This document shows, one piece after another, positions 39,315 to 52,794 of a stretch of DNA of 64,000 nt (positions are counted from its first letter, which is position 1; each line of letters starts with the position of its first letter). The position numbers and the translations under genes are program-made. The notes beneath the pieces were generated by a model. The model was given only the letters and a program-made list of their open reading frames with translations. It made no database searches and was not told the DNA's origin. Origin of the DNA: Eledone cirrhosa (taxonomy: Eukaryota). Location of the stretch: NCBI GenBank assembly GCA_964016885.1, contig OZ024743.1:169198001-169262000 (forward strand), read 5' to 3'.

Positions 39315-42300
39315 GGACAGCATGCAGGAAAAAGGTGAAATTAAAAGCCACCGAAACTGGTCAAGGATGGAACTAGCGCCTTTGATCAAAGGGTGAGCCT
39401 GGCTGATGGCTCACCACCAGTGAGCAAAAAGATTGCGGAGACCCTGAGGGACAGATAGAAAGAAAAAGAAAAGAAATCGAGAAGGCCTATGAATTCATAG
39501 TGCCACATATCGTGATGCTAAGCCATGTGATCAAGGAGGAGTAAAACGGGGAGCAAGAGAGAGTAAAGGAAAAAGAACGGGAAAAGGAAGAAAGCACAAA
39601 CACGGACCTGAAAGAAAGTGAGATACCCACCACCACAGTCAAAGATGGCAGGCCGGGAAACCAACAATCATACGGTAAAGGTGAGAAGCGAAATCACCTT
39701 CTGGAGGAGAACCATACGAAGAGGGACCAGTGGACAACTGTCCAAAGGAAGAAGAAAATGCACCGAGACACTGGGAGCAAGAAAACCCAGGTAATTTGCA
39801 AGTTCTTCAGGAACGGGATCTGCTGGAATGGAGAGACAGGGGTGGGCTGCAGATTCGCTCACCCCAGGCTCCAAAGGAACTATGCCCATGCCCACCCTAC
39901 TCGCGCAACATGCCCCAGCCAAAGCCAAAGCAAGCGGCTCCAGAAGTATGCTGAAGTCGCGCGGACCGCGCCAACAAGGAGAAGGCACGCACATGCCGAC
40001 AAGATACAGATGGCAGCAGCAGAGCAGAAAAATCTTTCAGTGATTGCAGAGAAGATTGTGGGACAGCTGACGTGGCTACATCGTTTTCAGAGCTAGGGTA
40101 CTCACACCAGCACTCGAGACCACCACAATTAAGGGACCCAGAGTGGCCGCCGCTGACACCAGGACAGGTGCCATACCGACAGCCGTTGCTGGCACCCAAA
40201 AAATCACACCAGTGCTGCTGCTAAATGTCAGAGGCGTGGTGAAACTCACTAACATGGTAAAATTTCCTACCTGGGAGACGTAGCCATAAGCAATAAAGCT
40301 TATGCATGGCACTAACCGAAACGCACCTGACAAGCAGTATAGCAGATGCAGAAATACATATACCGAAATATACTGTATTTCGTTCGGACAGGAAGGAGAG
40401 AACTCATGGTGGGGTTGCTCTGTATATCCGTGAAGATGTCACACCAATTGTACTGTTGACACATTCAAACTCAGTCTGTGACACACTGATAGTACAGATG
40501 AAGCAACTAAAGACAGTAATATGTGTCACATATCGGCCTACCGATGCCCCCAGTCATGAGGGTAAATTTGAGGATAGCCTCAGTAGAATAGAAGAGGTCC
40601 TTGAGAAACTGGACCAGGGTCTCAACATACTACTGCTGGGAGACTTCAACCTGCCAAAGGTCAAATGGCCTGAGGGCCACCTCCTCCCTGGAATGAGGTC
40701 AATAGAACAGAGACAAACGGAATCCCTGCTGGCTCTCAGACACAGGCTGTTCATGGAACAAGCAGTACTCCTCCCAACAAGAGGCGAAAATGTCCTGGAC
40801 TCTGTGTTACAAAAAACGAAGTGCTCATCCACAATGTTAAGGTGACACCAACAATTTTCTCGGACCATAACTTAGTAGAACTAATGATATGTGGTCCGAG
40901 AGAACCAACAGAGACACAACCATCAAGAAGCACCGGAAGGTTATCCAGCCTTAACTTCTACAAGGCTAACTGGAAAAAGATTAAGAGAGAAATCCGGAAG
41001 CAAATATGGAGCGAAAACACCGCCACACAAGACACCAACACAATTTCAACACTTCATGACAACGATACACACTTATGCAAAATGTTTTTCCCAGAGAAAA
41101 AGGCAAACAGACACAACAATCTTATTCTCAGATATAGAAAAATCCTTATGAGACGTAGAACCAAGCTCTCAAACAATTTGAATACACAACAAGAAAACAA
41201 AACCAAGAAGGAATCCTATTTGAAACGTGCACTAATTGACACCGAGATTGCACTCAAACTTTCTCATGAAAATGAGAGGGCAAAGAAAGAAAGTAGGGCC
41301 ATAGAAAATATTAAAACAGACCCTGAGGCCTTCTTTAAATTTGCAAAAGAAACTGCCTCGGTACACTGCAGGATTGTGCCACTCTTCCATACAGACGGTT
41401 CATTAACCGAGAATCCCCAGGAGATATGTAAAATACTGAACGAACAGTATAAAAGTGTCTTCACATGTCCACTGAGGCACATGCAAATAACAAAGCCAGA
41501 GGAGTTCTTTGATGCCACAACACTACATGAAGAAATGGCGACCATCAACCACATAGACATAACGGAGGAGGATGTGCTATACGCCATAGATGAAATTAGA
41601 ACAGACGCAGCTGCTGGACCTGATGGATTCCCAGCAGTCCTCTTAAAAACATGTAAGCGGGCCTTAGCAACTCCACTGAAGACACTCTTCAGAGCTCCTT
41701 GGCTAGCAGTATACTACCCAGGGAGCTGAAAGAAGGCACAATATGCCCTATCCGTAAAGGAGGTAGCAGAGCGGAGGCCAAAAACTATAGGCAAGTCTCC
41801 CTAACGTCGCATATCAGTAAGGTCATGGAACGAATCGTCAGAAAGAAACTGATCACTTTCCTCGAGGAAAATGACCGCCTGACTAGCACGCAGCATGGCT
41901 TCCGCCCAGGAAGAAGATGCCTTACACAGCTGCTACATCACTACGACTGGGTACTGAAACAACTGCTAGACAGCTCACATGTGGACGTGATATATCTTGA
42001 CTTCGCGAAGGCCTTTGACAAGGTCGACCACGGAATGATATGTCAAAAACTACACGGACTCGGCATAACTGGAAATGTAGGTGAGTGGCTGCATAACTTC
42101 TTAAAGGACAGAAGCCAGACAGTCGCAGCAAACGGGGCCTCTCAAAGGAAACATCAATAACAAGTGGGGTGCCCCAAGGGACAGTCCTGGGACCACTACT
42201 GTTTTTGGTGGCTCTCTCGGACATGCACTCTGTAGTCCATACAACAACAGTGAGGGCACTAGCTATGCTGATGACACTAAGGTGGCACAGGCAATCAAAA

Positions 42301-43248
42301 GCCCGGCTGACGCTGCCCTTTTACAACAAGATCTGGATGCCATATACAAATGGGCGGAAGAAAACAACATGCAGTTTAATGCTGGCAAATTCCAAGCCTT
42401 ACAATACAAACCTGCAAACACAAATACAGTACAAAACAGTTACGCAGGACCAGGAGGGACCGATATCCCCGTCTCAAAATCGATACGAGACCTGGACATA
42501 GACATGAGCGATGATGCATCTTTTTTCTAACACATCATGAAAGTGGCGACAATATGCAGACGACTCGCTGGCTGGATTTCGAGGACTTTCCGGAAAAGCG
42601 ACCGAGAGACGATGGCGGCACTATGGAGGACATTTGTCCTAAGTCGCCTGTACTATTGCTCCCAGTTGTGGTCACCCCATAGCGTCTAACTAACCACGGA
42701 GTTTGAGGCAATCCAGCGAAGCTACACCAAGAGGATTGCCACGATGAAGAAGACAAGCTACTGGGAGAGGCTAAAAGAACTGAACCTCTACTCCTTGGAA
42801 CGAAGACGGGAGAGATACGCAGTGATCGACATGTGGAAAATCCTGGAGAGACTAGCACCAAACTTTGGCATTGGAAGCTGGACCAACCGTCGAACAGGAC
42901 GTCACTTTGGGGTGCTAAAGGTCCCGTCTTCCACATCTAGAATAAGGAGCAGGTATTGCAATAGCCTGGGATTCAAGGGCCCTCAACTCTTCAACAAGCT
43001 GGCGAGGGATCTGAGAGATTTGCATGGTGTGGAGTTGGATGTCTTCAAGAAACATATCGACACCTTGCTATCCAGGATCCCGGATGAGCCCACAGCAAAG
43101 GACGAGCGCAGCAGCAACAAACTCCCTCTTACACCAGTGGCCAACCAATACAGGCTGGAGATAAAATGTGTAGCAACAAGGGCGGTGCCCCAGCATGGCC
43201 TCAGCCGGATGGCTGGAACAGGTAAATGAGTAAAAGAGTGAAAGAGTA
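39312..43248 (+). mobile_element. Near full-length, frameshifted CR1-group LINE (ORF1 CCCH finger; ORF2 APE plus RT)
   Basis: CKFFRNGIC..GCRFAHP; LTETHL, GGVALY, GDFNLP, SDH; AAGPDG, QHGFR, YLDFAKAFDKVDH, VPQGTVLGP, YADDT, YSLERRRERY; tail of GAGTAAAA-like repeats; (TA)n flanks. Confidence 0.9.
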
Positions 43249-43332
43249 TATATACTATATATATATATTATATATACTATTTATATATACTATATATATA
43301 TATTATATATATACTATATATATATATATATG

Positions 43333-43384
<52 letters not shown>

Positions 43385-43388
<4 letters not shown>

Positions 43389-44117
43389 TCAGGTTATCAA
43401 TAATGTAGTGATAATATATCGTTACGTTAGAGATGAACAGCGTACGTGCAGGTTTGCTCAACGAGTATAAATTATATTCCGGAGAAATGTAGAAAGGATG
43501 AATATAAAATGAAAGTGTTTTTGTTAAAAAAGGAATTTATTAGGTATTGACATATGTTTCTGTAACAGACCGAATACCTATGTATCGCTGCTTGCGTAAT
43601 CATATAATGTTAGCAAGTATTCGATAGCAAATGTATAATCAGTTGTCACTTCTTCAGAGATTTTGGATAAACTGGATAAAATCAGAAAAATTGAAGTATT
43701 TATTTTAGTAATACTACTGCACCAAATGACCAGCCCTGTCCACTGTCCAGTTGGTCAAGTAAAGATTAAAATCGGCACTCCCAAAATTCTTATTTAGATT
43801 TGCTCATGGTATTCTCATTAAAAACCCATTATATACTTGTTTAGCAGTAAATTATTTTACCATCTGTCATATTCTATCCCCTCTGTTCCTTCCTCTTTTA
43901 CTAATATAAATACTTCAATTTTTCTGATTTTATCCAGTTTATCCAAAATCTCTGAAGAAGTGACAACTGATTATACATTTGCTATCGAATACTTGCTAAC
44001 ATTATATGATTACGCAAGCAGCGATACATAGGTATTCGGTCTGTTACAGAAACATATGTCAATACCTAATAAATTCCTTTTTTAACAAAAACACTTTCAT
44101 TTTATATTCATCCTTTC

Positions 44118-44120
<3 letters not shown>
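43385..44120. mobile_element. ORF-less fold-back PLE end (arms 43487-43712 / 43897-44120)
   Basis: Inverted repeat containing CTGAAGA-[long stem II]-GAAA-CATATG-TC at 43952-44060 (+) and 43549-43657 (-); stem I pairs poorly. Confidence 0.7.
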
Positions 44121-44154
<34 letters not shown>

Positions 44155-44276
44155 AGGAGGTGAGTTTTATTGTAGTACAATAAAGTAATGCAGATATCGG
44201 ATAAGTAGCACTCTACAATTTGTAGGACTAGAGTATAAATAATATAAGATCAAAAGATGGTTAAAAGAGTTCCATG

Positions 44277-44347
44277 TATTTTATTATGCGCATTTCAAAA
44301 ACAAATATCATTATGCGATGACATTTGCGTTTTCGTCAGATAAAATA
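44277..44347 (-). ncRNA. Hammerhead ribozyme
   Basis: TATTTTAT-CTGACGA-AAA.GCAAATGTCAT(cgcata)ATGATATTTGT.TTT-GAAA-TGCGCA-TA|ATAAAATA. Confidence 0.88.
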
Positions 44348-44949
44348 GGGAGACAAGATATGAAGGTTAAAAAACAATTGTGAATAGTGCATTTTTAAAT
44401 CAACATATGAAAAGTGGTTTAAGATTGATGTGTGATATTGGAAAAAAATGAGGGGGGGTATGAAAAAGAGGAGGAGATGAGAGTAATGAATGGAGGGGGA
44501 GGAGTATAATAAGGAAGAATGAGATAGGAGGAGAGATGGGTGATAGAAAGAGAGAGATAGCCTTTATAACTGAGAAAAATATATTGTTTTACAGCGAGAG
44601 GTTAAAAAGCCATTGGAAGATAATATATAAATTAAAAGAATTTGAAAATTAATGAAGAGAAAAAATTAAGATTAATGTTAAATTAAGGTTTGTTTATTGA
44701 AGGGTTTAATAATACGTGCGATAAAAAGAAATTGTTAATATGTATTGAGAATAATATTAAATTAAGGTTTGAATATTGAGGGGTTTAATAATATGTGCGA
44801 TGGAAAGAAATTGTTGATATGTATTATTAAAATAAAAATATTAATGTTATTAAGGATATAATGTGAAAAGAAGTAGAGAGTGGATGAATTATGAATTTAG
44901 AGGAATTAGTTAGTGTTTAAGTTTGTTTTTATGTATTGTGATGTGTAGG

Positions 44950-46905
44950 AATACCAAAGGAATTATCATAAAGGCAGACAAAACTTCGAATCTATACACC
45001 CTGGATGTAGAAACATATAACAATTTTATACGTAAGGAATTACATAGGAAGTACAAAAAAACAAACGCAGCTACACTAACCAACATTAATAACGCAGCAT
45101 GTGATATTGTTAGGAAACTGAAAATTGACGACAGAACGGTACCCCTATCCCCAGCTACACCGACTTTTAATCTGAAGGACCATAAGGATAACTTCGATAC
45201 TAACCCTAAAATTAGATTAATATGTCCTTCAAAGTCCGATATAGGTAGAATTAATAAGTACATATTAGATCGTATTATCCCCCAAGTTAAGGCTAAGGTA
45301 GATATTAAATTATGGGGTAATACTCATCAGGCAATAAGATGGTTCAATAACATTAGGGACAAAAACAAATCTTCTTTTATTCAATTCGATATAGATGAAT
45401 ACTATTCCTCTATTTCACCCGAAACCCTGCATAAGGTCCTCTCTTTCGCTAAGACTAACTCGGACCTCACAAACGAGGAAATTAATATTATACTTGAAGC
45501 TAGACGCACAGTAGTGCACTTTGAAAATAGTTATTGGGTCCGCAGGGATAGACCCTCGGAATTCGACATTACGATGGGTTCTAATGATTCGGCGGAGGTC
45601 ACGGATTTGGTTGGGATCTATATAGCTCATAGACTCCAGAGCGAATTTACGGACCTCCAAGGCGGAATATACCGCGACGATACACTTCTATTAGTCAAGA
45701 ATATGAACAAACAAAACCTAGAAAGGCGACGTAAAAACATTAGGAAACTTTTCTTAGAACTAGGGCTTAATATTACCTTCGAACACAATCTTAAGGTGGT
45801 CAACTTCTTGGATGTCACCTTCAACCTTAATAATGGTAATATAGAGCCATTTCACAAACTTAATGAAAATCTTAAGTACGTTAATGTAAAATCGAACCAT
45901 CCTCATTCCATTATTAAATCTATCCCTAAAAATATATCCATAAGGATCTCCCGACTGTCGTCTAATTTGCAGACCTTCAACGAGCATGCTGAGTATTATA
46001 ATGACGCACTTAGAAAAGCTGGTTACTGCGAGAAAATTGAATATCTAGACGATAACCACATAAGTACTATGAATAAAACACATCTAAGTCGAACTAGTAT
46101 TGCACCACACACACACATCAATAAGCATACTAACAGGTGCAAACCAGCAAATAGAGTCAGACGTAGAGAGTACATATGGTATAACCCCGTGTACAATTCT
46201 TCTATTAGCACTAAGATTATCTCACAATTTTATACACTAATCAATAAACACTTTACAACTTCACATAAATACTATAAAATCTTTAACTCGCGCACCATTA
46301 GACTCTCATACTCCACTGCACCTAACATAGAACAACTAATTAGAAAACTCAACTCAGCAATACTGAATAAGTACATCCCTAATGACTCAGCGCACCAGCA
46401 TAGCAACATACAACGCACTAACACGCAACCACAACCCCACCAAACTATCCAGGATTCTACTGCAAAACATAAAAATAGTTGTAACTGCACCAAACCAGGT
46501 ACGTGCCCACTGAATAACCAGTGCCTAGCACGCAATATTGTCTACCGGTGTACAATAAATTCCGGGACCAACAAATGGTATTACGTCGGATGTACCGCAA
46601 CTTCTTTCAAGGCTCGCCTATACCAACATCGATCTTCGATCAGGCACGAGAAAATGCGCTCCGTAACAACCCTCGCCGATAAAGCCTGGCAGCTTCGGAG
46701 GAACAATCAAGCGTTCTCCCTTGATTGGAAAATTATTGCAGCTGCGCCTGCATATCAGCAGAATCATCGATTCTGCAAGTTATGCAATTTAGAGATATAC
46801 TGCATTTTAACGTCGGTAAACAAACTTTTGAACAGCAAAATTGAACGTTCTCTATACTGTAACCATCGTTTGAAAACGACTTTTTCTTTTTTTAAATGCA
46901 TATAA
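44950..46905 (+). CDS. PLE (Nematis-like) RT plus GIY-YIG, uninterrupted but 5' truncated
   Basis: KADKTSNLY, LKDHK, RLICPSKSDIG, FIQFDIDEYYSSI, FDITMGS, GIYRDD, NFLDVTF, WYNP, CNC..CPL..CL, IVYRC..YVGCT; 3' UTR to ~47480. Confidence 0.92.
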   Translation, partial: NTKGIIIKADKTSNLYTLDVETYNNFIRKELHRKYKKTNAATLTNINNAACDIVRKLKIDDRTVPLSPATPTFNLKDHKDNFDTNPKIRLICPSKSDIGRINKYILDRIIPQVKAKVDIKLWGNTHQAIRWFNNIRDKNKSSFIQFDIDEYYSSISPETLHKVLSFAKTNSDLTNEEINIILEARRTVVHFENSYWVRRDRPSEFDITMGSNDSAEVTDLVGIYIAHRLQSEFTDLQGGIYRDDTLLLVKNMNKQNLERRRKNIRKLFLELGLNITFEHNLKVVNFLDVTFNLNNGNIEPFHKLNENLKYVNVKSNHPHSIIKSIPKNISIRISRLSSNLQTFNEHAEYYNDALRKAGYCEKIEYLDDNHISTMNKTHLSRTSIAPHTHINKHTNRCKPANRVRRREYIWYNPVYNSSISTKIISQFYTLINKHFTTSHKYYKIFNSRTIRLSYSTAPNIEQLIRKLNSAILNKYIPNDSAHQHSNIQRTNTQPQPHQTIQDSTAKHKNSCNCTKPGTCPLNNQCLARNIVYRCTINSGTNKWYYVGCTATSFKARLYQHRSSIRHEKMRSVTTLADKAWQLRRNNQAFSLDWKIIAAAPAYQQNHRFCKLCNLEIYCILTSVNKLLNSKIERSLYCNHRLKTTFSFFKCI

Positions 46906-47315
46906 TGTTACCTTTTTACACCAACGTTTGCTAATTTCTGTCTTTTATGTTTATACACTAGATATGGCTTTCTATAATAATAGTACTAAACACTGTTTTT
47001 CTGGACCCCTTTAGAAATAACCTGCTACTATAATAGCCCTAATAACTTGTCTGTGACACTGTACCACTTTGACCCCTCTAACTAAATTTTGTCCGAACAA
47101 CACCACTAGAAGAATCTACTTCCCAGCCAACCTTAGCACGCCTCATTAAGCTAACTGCTGCCAAAACATTCTCTCTTCACAATCTCTACTAGTCTGACAG
47201 TCTTAAACCCTAAGACTCCCTCCACCTTACTCACTTCCCTCTTCCCCTTCTCTTCCTACCTCCTTCTTTATCTTTTATCTAGTGTATAAAATATTTTCAT
47301 ATCATTCTAATTCAA

Positions 47316-47432
47316 AGGTCTGATGACATGGTGTGTCGGCTTACAGTGTACTTTCGGTTTTTGATAATATTTGTGTATTATTCAAATAGCGAGGTATAGG
47401 TAACTCATACACTATAGAAACAATTGTTACCT
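47316..47432 (+). ncRNA. Hammerhead ribozyme with ~90-nt stem II
   Basis: AGGT-CTGATGA-c-ATGGTGTGT...GGCTTAC...TTGATAATAT(ttgt)GTATTATTCAA...GTAACT...ATACACTAT-a-GAAA-CAATTG-TT|ACCT. Confidence 0.8.
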
Positions 47433-47744
47433 AATAAATTCTATATACCCACATTTCCATTTCGTAAATTTTTTCTCCATATATATATATATATATATAT
47501 GATAAAGTTATATCTGCATTAATAAAGTATGTAACCCGAGACTGCACCAATATGTATAAATATATATACACATATCTAATATGAAGGCATGTAAACATGC
47601 GAGAAAATACGAATTTCCCTGTAAACTGAAAAAAAAAATCGAGAATCGATTTTATTTAATCGATTATCGGATATTATTGGACCCTCATCAGAAAACGTGT
47701 ATAGCATTCAAACTATCATAAAAACACGTATTTTATTATAAACT

Positions 47745-49720
47745 ACACAGTAGAAATGAAGAACTGGTTTAGTGCGCTATGTGGAGAGGCAGAGGAGAGA
47801 GAGATTGGGGGGACTGAGGAAAGTATGACGAGGAGGTACGGGAACTTCACCAATGCAGTGACAGAAGCAAGTGAGGCCCTGGTGCCGAGGAGAGAGAGGA
47901 AGACCCAAAAGTATGAGCAGCCAGAGAACACCCGAGAGCTGCTATGAACCAATTCCATGTCGATCCTATGTGGAGGTGAGGAAGCAAGACCTCTGAAGCA
48001 AGACCTCTGTGCCGCTTACACTGAGGCCAGAGATGAAGTGTTGATGGAGAAGATCAGGAGTGTGGAGAGAGCGGTATACGGGCGTATGTGTAAAGAGATC
48101 TGGACTATCACCAACGAGATCACAGGGAGGAAGAGAGGGAGTCAGATCTACGGAACTGGGCACGAGGATAGGAAGAGGACGTGACTGGCCCATTTTAAGA
48201 CCCTACTAGGAGAGCTACCTTCCACAACCCAGAACACCGGGGTGATCAGACAGCTGTTTGAGAAACTGGATATTAAGACAGGACCCTTCACCAGGGAGAA
48301 CCTTCAGAGAGTCAAGAAGAAGATCAAGGAGAGCAAGACCTATGGAGAAGATTGAGTGGCATCAGAGGAGGTGAAGAGGTGTGATTTTGATAATATAATC
48401 CTGGAGTTCTGTAGCCAGACACTGGAGAAAGGAGTTGCCCCGAATCAGTGGAGGATCAGTAACATCGTCCCAGTATCAAAAAAGGGAGATTTCTCTAACA
48501 CCAACAACTACAGGGGGATCTCACTGATGTCATTTGGGGCAAAGACCCTCAACAGGATGATTCTTAATGGGATCAAAACCGAAATGGAGACGAAGCTCAG
48601 GGACAACCAGAATAGATTTAGAGAGGGAAGATCAACCACCAGTCACATCCTGATGCTGAGGAAGATTTTAGAGGGAGCTATAGCAAAGAGCCTTCCTGCT
48701 GTCATGGTTTTTATTGATTTCAGGAAGGCCTTTGATTCTGTGGACCGTCACTGCCTGATGAAGATCTTACAGGCTTATGGAATCCCCAAGAAGATAGTGG
48801 ACCTGCTCTACACCAACACCTGATGGGATGACGGAGTTTTTTTAGATACTGGCTGGGGTGCTTTAGGGCGATACATTGGCTCCCTACCTTTTCATCATCG
48901 CAGTGGATTATTGTATGCGTCTAGCACTGGAGAAACACCAGGACTCGGGCTTTACTGTAGCACTGGCTCAGAGAAGGAGAGTTAAAGCAAAAAGGATAGG
49001 TGCTGGATTTGCTAACGACATAGCTCTGATGACAAACACAGTGAAGAAGGCAGAGGAGTTGATGCGAAAGGGGAGATTGTGTCGATGAGTGTGGGGCTGA
49101 GAATGAATGAGAGTAAGACGAAATATCTGGTAGAGAACATCAAAGAGCCAGAGAAAATTATGAATGTGGGCGGAAAGCCGCTAGAGCTGGTTGAGGATTT
49201 CCTGTATATTGGAGCAAAGATTGGGAACACAGAGGATGATGTGGTGGAGAGGAAGGGCAATGCCTGGGCGGCGTGTCACATTTTGAGGTCGGTTTGGAAG
49301 TCGGGCTTTCGTATAGACCTGAAAATCCGTCTCTTCGTCGCTACAGTGGAGTATGTGCTGCTGTAAGGGTCTGAGACTTGGACACTGACCAAGAGACTCA
49401 CTCAGATGGTCGATGGTTGCTACACAAGGATGCTGAGGGTGGATCTGAACATTAATCAGTATACACTGAGGATGAAGAACTCAGAGTTGTATAGGAGCCT
49501 CCCAAAAGTCAGCTCGAAAGTGACACAGAGGAGACTGAGCTTAGCTGGACATGCTCACCGACATTCAGAATTGACACTGCTCTCAGTGCTCCTGTGGGAG
49601 CCCCTGCATGGACACACTGGAAGAGGGAGACCGAGGTTGACATATGTTGATGCCCTAAGGACAGACACTGGTCTCTTGGAGACGCAGGACATAGCGGCGA
49701 TGATGAAGGAGAACTCGTCC
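47745..49720 (+). mobile_element. Decayed 5'-truncated RTE-group (RTE-X-like) LINE
   Basis: KKGD..NYRGISL, FIDFRKAFDSV, APYLF, FANDIAL, LKIRLF, DGCYTRMLR, WEPLHGHTGRGRP. Confidence 0.85.
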
Positions 49721-49939
49721 ATGGATCTCGGGAATTGTACCCGCTCTAGATATATAAATATACCCATTCGCTCTTAGTGTTAAAATTTATCTTGGTTTTG
49801 GTGTTCAGAACTCCCGCTTTCCTGACAGTGACTTCTTGATGCTTTCACCACTGTTATTCATACGAGTATCTTGTGATGTCACCAGAAGCCCACCACATCC
49901 AGTAGTTTGAAAATTATGTTACTGTTTTCGTAACAAAAT

Positions 49940-51496
49940 GATTTTTTTATGAGATAGAGTTGTTAGTCGTATGCCAAACCCCTGAACCTGCGGACCAAGA
50001 GATCATCTTAGTATGGCTTCTACTCACGGCTTAGATATCAGAATTATCGAAATATGCAAGCCTCCACAAGTCGACAAGGCGATGAACCAAATTAGGATTC
50101 TGAACTGTAAGAACAATGTATGCCAAGAAAACTAGCGCGGGTTACATCAGAGAGGAGACGCTATGACTTAGATATTCTTGTTATAAATAAAAGCAGATGG
50201 ACATGATCGGGAAGGCTAAAAACCATCACATGAGAAACACTGTTGTACGCAGGAAGAGATAACTAGCACGGTGAAGGGGTAGCCATAATCCCGAAGACAG
50301 TAATAGACAAATGTCTTATTGAGGGGAAACCTGTAAACAGCAGGCTCATGAACATCAGAATGAAGGGGAAACAAATCAACTCTACAATTATACAGTGTTA
50401 AAGCCCAACAAATAACAGTATGATGCCAAAGATGAATTTTACGAGCAGTTGCAGGCTGAGCTGGAAAACATACCAAGATATGATATGAAGATTGTGATGG
50501 GTGATTTAAGTGCAATAGTTGGGAACAACAACACCACATTTGAAAGAACCATGGAAAGAGAAGGCTGTGGTATCATGAATGAAAATCGAGAAAGACTCTT
50601 AGAACTATGTACTGCCTATGATCTGGTTGTAGAAGGGACACTTTTCACACACAAAGACAACCATAAACTGACATGGTATTCCTTAATTAGAAGAGATCAC
50701 AACCAGATTGGCCAGCTGATAACAAATGGTAACTGGAGATCATTACTTCATGTCAGAGTAAAACGAGGAGCTGGTGTAGGTAGTGATCCCCACTTTGTGG
50801 TCGCAGTACTGAGAGTAAAGCTCAGGAGTTCACGAGCAAAGAAAGCAACAAGACCTCAGTTCAATGTAGAAGAATTGCAAAATCCTAAAATAGAGAGCGC
50901 ATTTGTACTGAAGTTGAAGAACAGGTTTCAAGGATTGCCAGACATGGAAGATCCCACTCAACCTAATACTGATAAAGTTAACACCAAATGGGAGCACGTA
51001 AAGACTCCAGAGGAAGACAGTTGAGACATACCTAGGAATAAAACCAAAGACAAGAAAAGAATGGATAACGGTGGCCACTTGGCAACATATTGAAAAGAGA
51101 AGAGGCATAAAGATGATGGATGCAAAATCAGGAAGACTGAAGGAAAAGTATAAGCTGCAATAGCAGGAGGTTAATCAAGAAGTCAGACGAATGAGTAGAG
51201 CAGACAAGAAAGTACACATGGACAAGCTTGCAGAGGAGGAAGCGCAATTTGGACAACAAATTTGTACAAAATCACCAGAATCATCTGTGGAAAAATCAGA
51301 GGAACTAATTATTGCAGACAAGAAAAGACGATTTCTCACAACAGAAGCGGAGCACTTTAATGACGATACAAATAGACCACCACCAGCAACAGAGGCAGCC
51401 ATACAGAAAACAGAAGTTGACTTGGACATTAGTGTTGAACCATCTACCAATAAAGAGGTTAATGGGGCTAACAAAACTTTGAAGAACGGAAAAGCC
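49940..51496 (+). mobile_element. Decayed RTE LINE 5' half (5' UTR, APE endonuclease, tether)
   Basis: RTE-like leader TTGTTAG..CCAAACCCCTGAACCTGCGGACC; IVMGDL, HKLTWYS, NQI, GSDPH, LKNRF; ends abruptly at KNGKA. Confidence 0.8.
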
Positions 51497-51950
51497 TGTA
51501 GCGGAACTACTTCATACATTGCAATAACAATATTCCATATGTTATTTGGTTAAACAAACCAATCGTATTAGATCGCGTATGAATACATTGTTGCCTCCTC
51601 CTTGTAAAACCTTGTAGTTCAGTAGAGATGACCCTGAACAGCAAGATGATAAGACGTACTACGGCATAGCGCCTATATATTCCTCGTACAATCCTGTGAA
51701 GAGGAACTAAATATTTATCAACGAGACGTATTCAACATCTCGGTAATTGTTCTATTATGGTATGTTATCAACATGAGATATTCAACATTTCCTGTTTTGT
51801 CTGGGAAGTTTCTGCCTAGTTTCAACCTAATGGCCAGTAATTGCTTTCATTTCTTATATTCTCCTGTGTATATAAATTCGGCCTTTTAACAATAAATATG
51901 GGCTTATATCGAATTGAGTGTTAAAAAAGATAATTATTTGTATATGGATG
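51497..51950 (+). mobile_element. Possible solo LTR
   Basis: Starts TGTAGCG exactly where the RTE ends; TATAAA (~51871) then AATAAA (~51891); 3' end unclear. Confidence 0.35.
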
Positions 51951-52778
51951 TCAGAAGCTTGGAACTGGAATTAGCAGACTTCCATTGTGAGGCACAGGTC
52001 TCATTGCAGAATCCAAATTGGGATACACAATTTTGTGTTTATTCTTCATAGAAAATCCTGTGACATTTACTTTACAAAAATAACAGTCATTAAAATGGTC
52101 TTTCGGCTCCTTCCATATCATTGGAATGGCAAAATGCATGTAATTCTTCTTATTGAACCAGTCACGTAAGCCATTTGAGCAAGCTGAGCAGATAAAATGT
52201 GGTGCCCATAATTTGTCCTGGTCTCCAAGAAGACAGTCAAAGTATAGCTTATAAATCTTCTTGATTTCTGGTGTTATTGTACGTTTTTGAGCTTTCACAA
52301 TAAATTGTCCACAGACATAACAAAACACACCAGGACGATTTCTACATTGTCTTGACATTGTTAACACTGTAAAACAAGTAAGGAAATAGATACACACGGT
52401 TATACTTATATTGAATTTGAGATGGTGGAATATTTCATCAGACCAATTATGACTAGACAATTTGAGATGTTGAAATACCTATTTCATCAGACAAAACTTG
52501 ATTGGTTAATTTAAGATGATGAAATATTGCATCTGAACTATGCAGCAATGAATAATGTAGTTTATTTTAAAGGTATGCTTCCATGATGTAAATGAAATAC
52601 ACGCATACACGTCATTAATTGAAATTTCTATATAATGCATGAGCTAAAACCAAAAGAACTTTCTCATCTTGAAAACTGTACGTGATATCAAAAGCCTAAT
52701 CGTGTATTTGAAATCATCATTAAAAACTACACTAAGTACACTTTGACATGCTTGATGAAAAATATTTGTTGACCAGTG
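51951..52778 (-). mobile_element. Chapaev (Chapaev3-like) DNA transposon 5' fragment
   Basis: From 52358: C.N.P..FCYVCG, YF...GDQDK.WAPH.IC..C, FAIPMIWKEP.DH..DCYFC, YPNL.SA.RPVPH; terminus CACTGGTCAAC at 52778. Confidence 0.85.
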
Positions 52779-52794
52779 TAATTTATATTATAAA

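Noticed and set aside
47640-47700. Minus-strand CTGATGA...GATA-ATCGAT-TA hammerhead-like motif
   Set aside because: GAAA box is broken and stem I is weak; at most a decayed remnant.
49940-50090. HDV-like ribozyme in the RTE leader
   Set aside because: Plausible for the clade, but I could not assemble the nested double pseudoknot from this decayed copy.
52420-52500. Two minus-strand CTGATGAAATA motifs
   Set aside because: Part of short tandem repeats in the Chapaev 5' region; no HHR stems.
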